From positions 31,372,001 to 31,436,000 of the forward strand of contig OX597834.1 in NCBI GenBank assembly GCA_951406725.2: 64,000 bases of DNA. The letters run 5' to 3'. The DNA is from Octopus vulgaris. Its lineage: Eukaryota. Under the pieces are notes generated by a model. It was not told the origin of the DNA. It saw nothing but the letters and a program-made list of their open reading frames with translations, and searched no databases. Below are positions 1 to 10,929 of the stretch, piece after piece (the stretch's first letter is position 1; each line of letters begins with the position of its first letter). A program made the position numbers and the translations under genes.

Positions 1-3
1 AAC

Positions 4-83
<80 letters not shown>

Positions 84-99
84 TTATGTATGTGTGTGT

Positions 100-310
100 A
101 TATGTTTGTGTGTCTGTGTTTGTCCCCCTAGCATTGCTTGACAACCGATGCTGGTGTGTTTGCGTCCCCGTCACTTAGCGGCTCGGCAAAAGAGACCGAT
201 AGAATAAGTACTCGGCTTACAAAGAATAAGTCCCGGGGTCGATTTGCTCAACTAAAGGTGGTGCTCCAGCATGGCCACAGTCAAATGACTGAAACAAGTA
301 AAAGAGTAAA
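100..310 (+). mobile_element. SINE-A 3' half (after internal TA/TG microsatellite); an inverted head fragment follows at ~352-470
   Basis: Near-identical to the 3' half of the full copy at 62619-63035, ending GGTGCTCCAGCATGGCCACAGTCAAATGACTGAAACAAGTAAAAGAGTAAA. Confidence 0.85.
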
Positions 311-1236
311 GGGCATGGACAGATCAATGGGCCAAGGGAGCCAAAGAATGTCAGCAAACCTGGGACACAAGGCATTGGTTAGTCCAGGGCTATAGTAGAA
401 GACACTTGCCCTAGGTGCCGGTGCTACACAGTGGGACTGAACCCAAAACCACATGGCTACAAACTGGAACAACAAAGAAAACACTGCGAGGTCCCATTGC
501 TGTCCCCACCTTATAGAGAGGCTCCATATTTGTCTTGTATCGGAGAAGATCCTTCGTTATCTTGCTAAAAATAATGTCGTATCATCAGCCATCTTTGAGA
601 GAGACATATTGAGATACAAATTCTTTGAAAACAAGGAAAGAAAAGAAAAGAAACAATATCTATGCCAAATCTGGTCTTGTGTTGCATGCAAGTCTCTGAC
701 ATTATAAATGAATCATCAACCATTAACCATTATTCGTTAATCTACATTTAGTCCTTGATATTTCTGTCTTTAATGTTCGTTAACTTGATTTTTCTGTTCT
801 TCTTGTAGTTGGGGTTTTTTTTTGTATTTTGTTGCGTTGCTGTTTCTTTTGTTTTGTTTAGTTTTCTTTTGTCTATTGTCATTTGTAAACTGTTCTGCTT
901 CAAAGATTATGCTACCGTTTGTTAACGAAGACAGGACACGCTACAGTAAACACACACATGGAACTCTGCACATGAGAAACCATCAACACAGCACACACAC
1001 ACATACACACGCATACACACACACACATACACATACATACATACATACACACATATATGTGTATATGTGTATACACATATATGTTGGTACATAATTGCAC
1101 ACTAACACATTTTATATAATATATTCATTCATGTATGTATATATATTTATATGTGTATGCATGTATAGATGAACAAATATACATGTTTGTCTGAACGTAT
1201 GTGTGTATGTGTGTGTGTGTAACATATATATATATA

Positions 1237-1273
<37 letters not shown>

Positions 1274-1281
1274 CATATATA

Positions 1282-1628
1282 TCATCATCATCACAATCAT
1301 CATCATCATCATTTAACATCTTTTTTTCATGCTGGCATGGGTTGGACGGTTCGACTGGGGTCTGGGAAGCCAGGAGGCTGCATCAGGCTCCAATCTGATC
1401 TGGTAATGTTTCTACAGCTGGATGCCCTTCTTAATGCCAACCAATCCGAGAGTGTAGTGGGTGCTTTTTTACATTCCACAGGCACAGGGGCCGGAGGGGG
1501 CTGGCATCGACCACGATCGGGTGGTGCTTTTTATGTGCCACTGGCATGGAAGCCAGTCAAAGCAGTGCTGGCATTGGCCACATTCGGATGGTGCTTTTTA
1601 CATGCCACTGGTACGGGGATCACAACTA
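1282..1628 (-). mobile_element. SINE-B (VNTR-containing, RTE-like (GAT)n tail)
   Basis: Reverse complement of the 2490-2960 copy: (CAT)n, GCATGGGTTGGACGGTTC, GGATGCCCTTC, then ~3 repeat units. Confidence 0.85.
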
Positions 1629-1864
1629 GGGAAAAGGCTGAGTAAGAGACCTAGGAAGACATAATGTGATATGTTCCAGGATGACATGATAGTGAGGGGA
1701 GTCGGCCCCAAGTGGAGTCACGAGGAACGTGAGCAATTAGGATGTTTGGGGAAGATTCATTGTGTTGTACTGACAGCACTGGAAGAGGCACTAGAGAGAT
1801 TATAGAACTAGCATTTTTGCTTATATGTATATACATATATATTAGTTCAGTGCATCTCATAGCA

Positions 1865-2345
1865 GAATCAGCTGATGGCTTCCTGTTCTCCTGAAGTCAC
1901 GTAAGCAGGCTTTAGCAAAACCACTTCAGATACTTTTCCAAAGTTTCCTTGCAAGGGGCAAACTTCCTAAAAAGCTAAAAGAAGGCATTATGTGCCCTAT
2001 CCACAAAAGTGGAAGCAGAGCAGAGGCCAAAAACTACAGGCCAATCTCTCTGACTTCACATATCTGGAAAGTCATGGAGTGAATCATCAAAAACAAATTG
2101 ATAATGTTCCTAGAAGAAAATGACCTACTAAACAATACACAGCATGGCATTCGTCCAGGGAGAAGTTGCCTCACACAGCTCCTACAGCCCTATGACTGGG
2201 TTTTGAAACAGCTGTTTGATCATTCAGATGTCAGCGTGATATACCTTGACTTTGCAAAAGCGTTTGATAAGGTAGATCATGGCATGATATGTCATAAGCT
2301 ACGAGACTTTGGCATTGCTGGTATACTGGGTGAGTGCCTGCATGA
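1865..2345 (+). pseudogene. Decayed CR1-group LINE reverse transcriptase fragment
   Basis: Translates KNYRPISLTSHIWKVME*II...QHGIRPGRSCLTQLL...VIYLDFAKAFDKVDHG, classic non-LTR RT motifs with stops; truncated. Confidence 0.9.
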
Positions 2346-2368
2346 CAAATGGAAACAGTGGATATAGA

Positions 2369-2403
<35 letters not shown>

Positions 2404-2489
2404 ATGTGCATTATGTGTGTGTGTCTTTGTGTTTGTGCACCTCCCTTCACCCCATCATTGCTTGACGACTAGTATTAGTTTTACATCCC

Positions 2490-2960
2490 CATGAGGAGAC
2501 ATGTTGAGTCAAGTACATGAACATGAACATCGAAATAAATATCAATGGAAATAGTAGTTGCGATACCTGTGCCGGTGGCACATAAAAAGCACCATCCAAA
2601 CGTGGCCGTTGCCAGCGCCGCCTCGACTGGCTTCTGTGCCGGTGGCACATAAAAAGCACCATCCGAACGTGGCCGTTGCCAGCACCGCCTTGGCTGGCTT
2701 CCGTGCCGGTGGCACGTTAAAAGCTCCAACCGATCGTGGCCGATGCCGGGCCCCCCTGGCACCTGTGCAGGTGCATGTAAAAAGCACCCACTACACTCGC
2801 GGAGTGGTTGGCGTTAGGAAGGGCATCCAGCTATAGAAACTCTGCCAGATCAGACTGGAGCCTGGTGCAGCCCCTGGCTTCCCAGACTCCGGTTGAACCG
2901 TCCAACCCGTGCTAGCACGGAAAACGGACGTTAAACGATGATGATGATGATGATGATGAC
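2490..2960 (+). mobile_element. SINE-B nested inside an older SINE-A (remnants ~2420-2490 and ~2963-3118)
   Basis: GTGCCGGTGGCAC units at 67-bp spacing (2569, 2636, 2703), GGTTGGCGTTAGGAAGGGCATCCAGC block, AACGGACGTTAAAC(GAT)n tail; the SINE-A sequence resumes after the tail. Confidence 0.88.
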
Positions 2961-3534
2961 ATAGAGGTTTGGCAAAAGAGACTGATAAAACAAGTGCTGG
3001 CTTTTAAAAAAAGGGTCATATGGGGTGGGGTTGATTTGTTTGACTAAACCCTGGAAGTTGGTACCTCAGCATGGCTGCAATCCAATGATTGAAACAAGTC
3101 AATGATAAAAGATAAAAACACCACCTCTGCAGAATACAATGCACAGAATGGGATTAAAAAGAATGGCAAGGCTGAATATTGAAAGAAAATTTTGCCAATA
3201 TATCTTTTGGCAAAAATGCTGACCAAATAATTGTTATTTTTACTGCTAAGAAAGACAAGTAACAATATTTCTTTTAAGTTCCATGTTGTGTGATGTGTGT
3301 TATTTGTGTATCATTGATTGATATAAAGATTTTTCTTTAGAAATTGGTATTTGTGTTTGATATTATCTGTGTAAAGTCTTAGACAAATACAAACAAAACT
3401 TTGGTAAACCCTTATTCAAAGAGATCTCAACAGACCCATGTGTCATCATCATCATGATGATCATCATCATTTAATGTTTGTTTTCCGTGCTATATGTGTG
3501 TGTGTGTGTGTATATAGGAGAAGTTGGGGCATAT

Positions 3535-3920
3535 AGCTTAGAGGACAATTGGAATTTCCTGTAGGACAATTTACTGAGGGCTACAGACGAAATCTGTGGT
3601 TAGTGCAGAGTCCTAGCTAGAGCAAGGGTGACATGGTGGTGGAGCAAGGAAGTTGATAGTACTATAGAAGCAAAATGACAGGCCTGGAAAGACTTGGAAA
3701 ACAGTGGAAGCAGAGAATTGTATCAGGTAGTCAAAAGGGCAGCAAGGTGTCAGGTTTACCTAGCAAAAGGAATGGCCCAAGGTAAGGGATTTGCAAAAGT
3801 CCTACAACGTGAGGATCAGAGGCATGAAGTGTTCAGCAGTGTATCAGAGAATAGAGATGAGGTAGATGAGAAACGTGTGCAAATGGATAATGTTATGCTT
3901 GCACTTAGTGACTCAAGGAA
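3535..3920 (+). pseudogene. Decayed RTE-clade LINE fragment (between endonuclease and RT)
   Basis: Translates CGW...RVTWWWSKEVDSTIEAK*QAWK...RELYQVVKRAARCQVYLAKG; TWWW-x-x-V motif typical of RTE ORFs. Confidence 0.75.
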
Positions 3921-4158
3921 GAAAGTCTCAGGGTGTTAAATCAGGGTTTCTGGTTGGCCAATCATGTGGACCTCGGTGACCCATCCATCTCCCAGAGAAG
4001 TAGGCATTTAGCCATTCACAAACAACAAGAGCAAAATATGGAGGAGCACCATCTTGCATAAAAATCAAATCTTCAATATTCTCCCAAGTACTGATAATTG
4101 GCCAGATTTCATCTTGCAGCATGGTGAGGTACCTTTCAGCATTCATGGTATTGCCAAG
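3921..4158 (-). pseudogene. Tc1/mariner transposase catalytic fragment, DD41D spacing
   Basis: FMQDGAPPYFALVVCEWLNAYFSGRWMGHRGPHDWPTRNPDLTP*DF; 41 residues between the last two Asp. Confidence 0.85.
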
Positions 4159-4206
4159 GATATATATATATATGGAGTTTAACGCAGGTATAATTCAAAT
4201 ACTTTT

Positions 4207-4295
4207 ACTTCCGACACATGTTTCGAAGATAACACTTATATTATTCCAAAGGAATAAAATGGTGTAAAACAATGTAATCTTCTCTTCAGGGAAGT
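4207..4295 (-). ncRNA. Type I hammerhead ribozyme with intact canonical core, in a (TA)n-flanked ~157-bp insert (4173-4329)
   Basis: Minus strand: ACUUCC-CUGAAGA-GAAGAU[..UUAUUCC UUU GGAAUAA..]AUCUUC-GAAA-CAUGU-GUC-GGAAGU; stems I and II are perfect 6-bp helices; GUC cleavage triplet. Confidence 0.88.
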
Positions 4296-4611
4296 GAAGA
4301 AATGAAACTCATCAATAAGACATTTTATCATATATATATATATATATATGTTTGTATGTATATATATGTGCATATCCAGTAAGTGATTTTCATTCAGTTC
4401 ACCCTATTGAGATTCTTACTCAAAATATTTCCATAATATAAATTATTATAAATTTGTTAGTTTGGGGGTATGAATCGAAACAATTGTAGGGATTATATTT
4501 ATTTTTATATTTTAATAATATAATATTATGTTAATAAATTAACATATGTCAGTTTCAACTCTCCATTTTCCTTTTATTATATATATATATATTCATATGT
4601 ATATGATACAT

Positions 4612-4647
<36 letters not shown>

Positions 4648-4663
4648 TATGTATATGATACGT

Positions 4664-4739
<76 letters not shown>

Positions 4740-4832
4740 CATATATATATATGATATACATTACAAATATATATACATATACATACATATATATATATAC
4801 ACACACATACATATATATGATATATATTACAA

Positions 4833-4863
<31 letters not shown>

Positions 4864-4875
4864 CATATATATAGG

Positions 4876-4925
<50 letters not shown>

Positions 4926-5250
4926 CCTATATATATACATATATGCATATATGTATGCACACACATGCATATACGTATATGTGTGAGTGTGTGTATGTAT
5001 GTTTGTGGTTTCTTTCATCCATGCAAACATGCAATGCATGCCTCAGATCTGTAAATGAATGCAATTAACAAATCCAATTTTAATATAAATCTTTCATTTT
5101 GATAAGAGACAGCAAGAAGCATGATATGACAGATACGTTATCTATGTGCCTGTCTTTAATTATATGACTTAGATTATTAAAATTACATATTCCAACGTAA
5201 GTGTCAGAAGTTGTCCCTAGTATATATATATATGTGTGTGTGTATGTATG

Positions 5251-5302
<52 letters not shown>

Positions 5303-5393
5303 AAATGATGATGATGATGATGATGATGACATACACACACATATATATATATGTATATATATATATATGTGTGTAGATATATATGTATATATA

Positions 5394-5471
<78 letters not shown>

Positions 5472-5485
5472 ATTCCTGAGTCTGG

Positions 5486-5540
<55 letters not shown>

Positions 5541-5640
5541 CTACACATGCGTACACACACACACATATACATACATACATGCATATATGTGTGTGTGTGT
5601 GTGTGTATATATATTCATACGTATAAGATATATATTGTAT

Positions 5641-6060
5641 AGAGGACCTATGTCGTGTATGAGATCATCTGTGGCAAATGTGGTGCATCCTAGATTGGAA
5701 GCACGACAAGAAAACTGCACGTACACATCAAGGAACGCATGCAAGCAGATACTTCTGTGAAGAAACATCTATAGAAAAGCCAGACTCAGGAATTCACAGT
5801 GCACGTCAAGGCAACACAGTGGAACAGGGGCAACCTTAGAATCTCTGAGGTCATCCTCATACACCAAAAGAAACCCACCCAAGATCAACAATAGAAGGGA
5901 GTTACAGGAAGCTAGCTGGTTGCAGTAGCCACACCCTTCTGCACAATTCCACTCCACACATGCACATTGGCAACATTTGTCAATTTCTTGAAAACGGAGT
6001 CATAACCCCAAAATATTGAATACTAGGTGAGCCAACATTAATTCACATATATATTTTCTT
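5641..6060 (+). pseudogene. Penelope-like element 3' end: decayed GIY-YIG endonuclease plus UTR
   Basis: From 5649: YVVYEIICGKCGAS*IGSTTRKLHVHIKER...SVKKHL*...LRISEVILIHQKKP/INNRREL, i.e. VVY-CxxC-YIG-T-R-H pattern with the conserved late Glu and Asn. Confidence 0.85.
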
Positions 6061-6109
6061 GTGATTTTCCTTGCATTTACTTCGCATTGTTTTGGCCTTC
6101 CCCACAATC

Positions 6110-6330
6110 TGTCCGGCACTAGTCGCCATGATAGATCGTTAGCCACTACACACATTTTTTTCTCTCATTGTTTTTTCTGTGTCCATTTCTGTAGAAGAGC
6201 GTAGGCTTGAAACGTAAAAGACTTTTTCTATTCCTGAGCATTATAATAATACATCTGTTTGTTTTGTACACCACCTCTATTCGTCTTTTGCTTTTTTTGT
6301 AAACTCTCCTATATATATATATATATACAT
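6110..6330 (+). mobile_element. Short PLE-type terminal element with hammerhead-like motif (6181-6222), ending in (TA)n
   Basis: GUCCAUUU-CUGUAGA-A-GAGC-GUAG-GCUU-GAAAC-GUA-AAAGAC; homologous to the 45080-45245 copy, which has the canonical CUGAUGA. Confidence 0.7.
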
Positions 6331-6498
6331 TATTTAGGAAGTTAAAAGCTATAAAATACACACACACACACATATACAATGGACTTCTTTTAGTTTCCAT
6401 TTACCAAATCTCACAAGGCTTTGGTCAGCATGAGGTTATAGTAGAAGACACTTGTCCAAAGTGCCATGTGTTTAATAGCAAGCTTCTTACCACACATA

Positions 6499-7763
6499 CA
6501 GGGTGTTTGGGCTAAATTTGATGATATTTATGTCTTCTTTTTTCAGGGACAGCTTGATGTATTGGTGAACAGTAAATGGCGTTGGAGAGCATAAAGATTA
6601 AAGCTGTAGCTGAGAAAAAGTTAGCTGACACGGAGGACTGGAAGCCATTTGAATATTGGAAAAGAGTGACTTGTATCATGATGCTTCATGTAGAGTATCA
6701 AAGTGTCCACATCATGATTGTTGTTCAGTGCTCTGTGAACACTGAAACAGCTGTAAGACATGGCATGGACATCATGAAAACCAAATTCCCAAACCCCACA
6801 AACTGTGATGGTCTTTGGCTGTGTCTCCAGTGAGGCTGATGCCATGCTGCCCCACATCTTTGAACAGGACCTTAGGGTCAATTCAGATGGTTATGTGAAA
6901 CTGCGGAGGAGATGGGAAACTCTGGCTAAAGTGGGGGTTGCTGCTAGAAGGCCATAAGTGGGGCAGCAGGATTCGACTTTTTGTCACACCTCTGGAAAGA
7001 GTCACGAGTGGTTACCAGAGAATTTCTATGACTTCACCAACCCCAATATCTGGCCTCATATTTCTCCCGATTGTGATTCCGTGGATTAATATGCATATCC
7101 AAACGTGGCCGTTGCCAGCGCCACCCCGACTGGCCTTGTGCCGGTGGCACGTAAAAAGCACCATCCAATCGTGGCCATTGCCAGCCTTGACTGGCTTCCG
7201 TGCTGGTGGCACGTAAAAAGCACCATCCGATAGTGGCTGTTTGCCAGCCTCGTCTGGCAACTGTGCCAGTGGCACGTAAAAAGCACCCACTACACTCATG
7301 GAGTGGTTGGCGTTCGGAAGGGCATCCAGCCGTAGAAACATTGCCAGATCAGACTGGGCCTGGTGCAGCCTTCTGGCTTCCCAGACCCCTAGTCGAACCG
7401 TCCAACCCATGCTAGCATGGAAAGCGGACGCTAAATGATGATGATGATGATGATGATGATGAGGCACAGTTGAAAAAGACACCAACCACTCTGCCTGGAA
7501 CAGCAAAGCTGAGCTAGTGGCCAACATCATGGAAGTGTTTGAAGATCTTCCCAGGGACACAATAAGAAACACAGGCGCTAGGTTCTGGAGCCATCTTAAG
7601 GCCAGGGTGAAAAGCTGTGGATGGCTGCTTTGAGTAAACTGTTATTTGCCAGCCATAATCTTGTTGATGTTTTTGGATCTTTTAAAAATACTGTTATTTT
7701 GAATGGCATATTGTGTTTTCTCTTCCTTTTATGCAAACTGTCAAATTTAGCCCAAACTCCCTG
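6499..7763 (+). mobile_element. Internally deleted Tc1/mariner (DD37D maT-like) transposon with both TIRs; SINE-B nested at 7093-7462
   Basis: TIRs CAGGGTGTTTGGGCTAAATTTGA (6499, after TA) and TCAAATTTAGCCCAAACTCCCTG (7741-7763); decayed VMVFGCVSS..QQDS..CHTSGKSHEWL..IWP..SPD transposase. Confidence 0.85.
7093..7462 (+). mobile_element. SINE-B, 5'-truncated within the VNTR
   Basis: GGTGGCACGTAAAAAGCACC units, GGAAGGGCATCCAGC block and (GAT)n tail; interrupts the transposase reading frame. Confidence 0.88.
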
Positions 7764-8149
7764 TGTGTGTGTGTGTGTGTGTGTCCGTCCCTGTATCTAT
7801 TTGTACAAGCATTAACATCAGCATGTCCTGTTCACACATACATTTCCTCTTCCTTACACTCTCACATGCAAACACACACATTCACACGCATGTATTGCAC
7901 ATTCACATATACATACGCAGACATATTGACACACTTGCTGTCATGCACATTGATACACACACACACACACACACATACGCGCATACAAATGCATAAACTG
8001 CTTACTCAAAGACAGATACACATACACACACACGCATATATATGCAGACACATACAGACTCATAATACATACAAAGACACATACATACATACATACATTA
8101 CTACATACATACATACATACACACATACATACATACATACATACATACA

Positions 8150-8183
<34 letters not shown>

Positions 8184-10202
8184 CATACATACATACATTA
8201 CTACATACACATATGACATGCACATAAATACACAAAACATATATCCAAAGACAGGTGGATACACACACGCACACGCACACACATAGACACACACACACAC
8301 ACATATACATACATAGGCACAGTCACACAAACACATGCTCAAATACAGATAGACACGCGCATACATATACACACATGGGCACACACAAATACACATACAG
8401 TCACATACACATATACTCACAAACAGATACAAACACATACATACAAACGCATACGTGTATATAAAGACACACACACACAAACTCACATACACATACACAT
8501 GCACAGGCATTCACATACACACACACATTACATAGACAGATACACACAGACCTGCACAGACGCTCACACACACACAGACACGGACGGACACATATAGACG
8601 GACGCACGCATGTGGACACAGGCACTCAGACACACACACACACAGACACACACACACATGCTCAGAGAGAGAGACGGACACGCAGCTCTCCAATGGTTGT
8701 GTGTGGAGAGGCCTTTGTATGCCTCTCAAAGCACATAGATAATAAGTTATTTGGTTATGTGCCTGACAGCTCCAGTAGCTTGCGATGTAAGAGGGCAGCA
8801 GCCACTTGCTAAAACAGATCAGAGAGATGTGATGGTGGTGGTGATGGTGATGGCGGTGGTGATGGTGGTGGTGGTGGTGGTGGTGATGGTGGTGATGGTG
8901 GTGGTGGTGGTGCTGATGGTGGTGGTGGTGGTGGTGGTGGTGGTGGTAATGGTAGAGGTAGTGGTGGTGGCGGCAGTGGTGGTGGTAGTAGTTGAGGTAG
9001 TGGTGGCGGCAATGGTGGTGATGGTGGTGGTGGTGGTGGTGGTAGAGGTAGTGGTGGCGGCAATGGTGGTGATGTGGTGGTGGTGGTGATGGTGGCGATA
9101 GAGGTAGTGATGGTGGCGGTTAGAGTGGTGGTGGTGGTAGTGGTGGTGGTGGTGATGGTGGTGGTAGAGGTAGTGGTGGCGGCAATGGTGGTGATGTGGT
9201 GGTGGTTGTGGTAGTTGAGGTAGTGATGGTGGCGGCAGTGGTGGTGATGGTGGCGGTGGTGGTGGTGGTGGTGGTGGTGATGGTGGAGGCAGAGGTAGTG
9301 GTGGTTGTGGCAGTGGTTGTGATGGTGGTGGTAGAGACTGACTGTGATGGTTGTGGTGCTGTTGTCTTTGGATATATGTTTTGTGTATATATGTGCATTG
9401 TGATGGTTGTGGTTGTGATGGTGGTGGTGGAGACAGTGGTGTATGGTAGTTTTGATGCTGATGGTACTGGTGGTTGTGGTGATTGTAAATGGTGATGGTG
9501 GTGGCGACGGCAGCGGAGGCGGTGGAAATGGTAGTGTATGATGGACTGTGGTTGTGGTGGTGGTGGTGATGGTGGCGATGGTGGAAGGGTTAATAAGGGA
9601 AACTTGCTGGGGTAGAGGAGGCGGCGGTATTTGTAGATATAGGGTTAAAAGTGTGTGTGTGTGTGTGTGTTAGAAAGAGCGCGGGAGTTTGATATATAGA
9701 GAGAAGGAGAGAGGGAAACAGAGAGAGAGAGAGAGAGAGAGAAACACAAAGGGAGGGATAGAAAGACAGTTATAGGAAGAATGACAGTGAGAGAGAGAAA
9801 GAGAGAGAGAAGAGAGAGAGAGAGAGAAGGGAGGGAGAGATTGAGAATGTAAAAAGTGCGTGTGTGTATGTGCGTGTGTGTGTGTGCGTGCGTGTGTGTG
9901 TGTGTGTGCGTGTGTGTGTGTGTGCGTGCGTGTGTGTGTGCAAGAGTAAATACGAACGATGGAAGAATGTTAAGACGGAAGTGATGGTGCGGAAGAGGAG
10001 GGTGGCGTGATGGCAGACGGCGGTGATGGTGGTGGGGGGGACGATGGAAAAGGATTACGGGGGTGGGGGTGGGGGTGGAGCTTGGGATGGGGGTGGTGGT
10101 GGTGGATGGGCGGGAGAAGGTAGTGGTCGCCAGATGAAGGGGGAAAAGAATCCAGGAGAAGATTAAGTGGAATAGAGAAAAAGTCACACATACAGAAGAG
10201 AT

Positions 10203-10233
<31 letters not shown>

Positions 10234-10314
10234 GCCACACACATACACACGTAGATGCATACATATGTGTGTATGAGTGTATTTATATGCATGTTGTATG
10301 TATGCATGTAATAA

Positions 10315-10388
<74 letters not shown>

Positions 10389-10396
10389 ATATATAT

Positions 10397-10444
<48 letters not shown>

Positions 10445-10640
10445 ATAATATTCTTTCTATATATGTTAATATGTAAAAAATATGTATACAAATGCACACA
10501 CACACATATATACATACATAAATATATATATACATATTCGTATATATCATACATATATATATACACACATATACATATATATACTTATATACATACATAC
10601 ATGCACACATACAGACATAAATATATATATATATATAATT

Positions 10641-10691
<51 letters not shown>

Positions 10692-10757
10692 CATGTATAT
10701 ACACATATATACATATATATCTACATATATACATACATACATGTATATATATGCATA
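7764..10757. repeat. Compound microsatellite field: (CA)n/(TACA)n, degenerate (GGT)n 8828-9585, (GA)n, (TA)n
   Basis: Directly visible simple repeats; source of the poly-V, poly-P, HT and YI ORFs. Confidence 0.95.
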
Positions 10758-10807
10758 TAGGAGTGGCGGTGTGGTAAGTAACTTGCTTACCAACCACATG
10801 GTTCCAG

Positions 10808-10910
10808 GTTAATCAAGTGACTGTCTTTAGTCGAGCAGTGGTTGATGAGGTGAATAGTCAACGAAACAGATGTCCTGGGATAACTTGTGGCAAATATTTC
10901 ATATTTTATG
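10808..10910 (+). repeat. ~100-bp non-simple direct repeat, copy 1 (copy 2 at 16342-16443)
   Basis: GTTAATCAAGTGACTGTCTTTAGTCGAGCAG...GGCAAATATT(T/A)CATATTTTAT in both places, 3 substitutions. Confidence 0.92.
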
Positions 10911-10929
10911 TGAAGAAGCTTTGTTTATC

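Noticed and set aside
138-395. Recurrent short ORFs (MTTDAGVF.., MLGGQTQTH.., ..CHRH..) as a small gene family
   Set aside because: Chance translations of SINE-A and SINE-B copies, with frames broken differently in each copy
8751-9495. Poly-Val / poly-Pro / poly-Thr ORFs (extensin- or mucin-like)
   Set aside because: Degenerate (GGT)n open in several frames on both strands with no splice signals; the same applies to 33268-34445, 52520-53145, 55369-55984, 59019-60067, 61488-62219 and 63284-63955
9645-10799. 384-aa minus-strand ORF
   Set aside because: SINE head plus (TA)n/(TG)n/(CT)n repeats; no protein-like complexity
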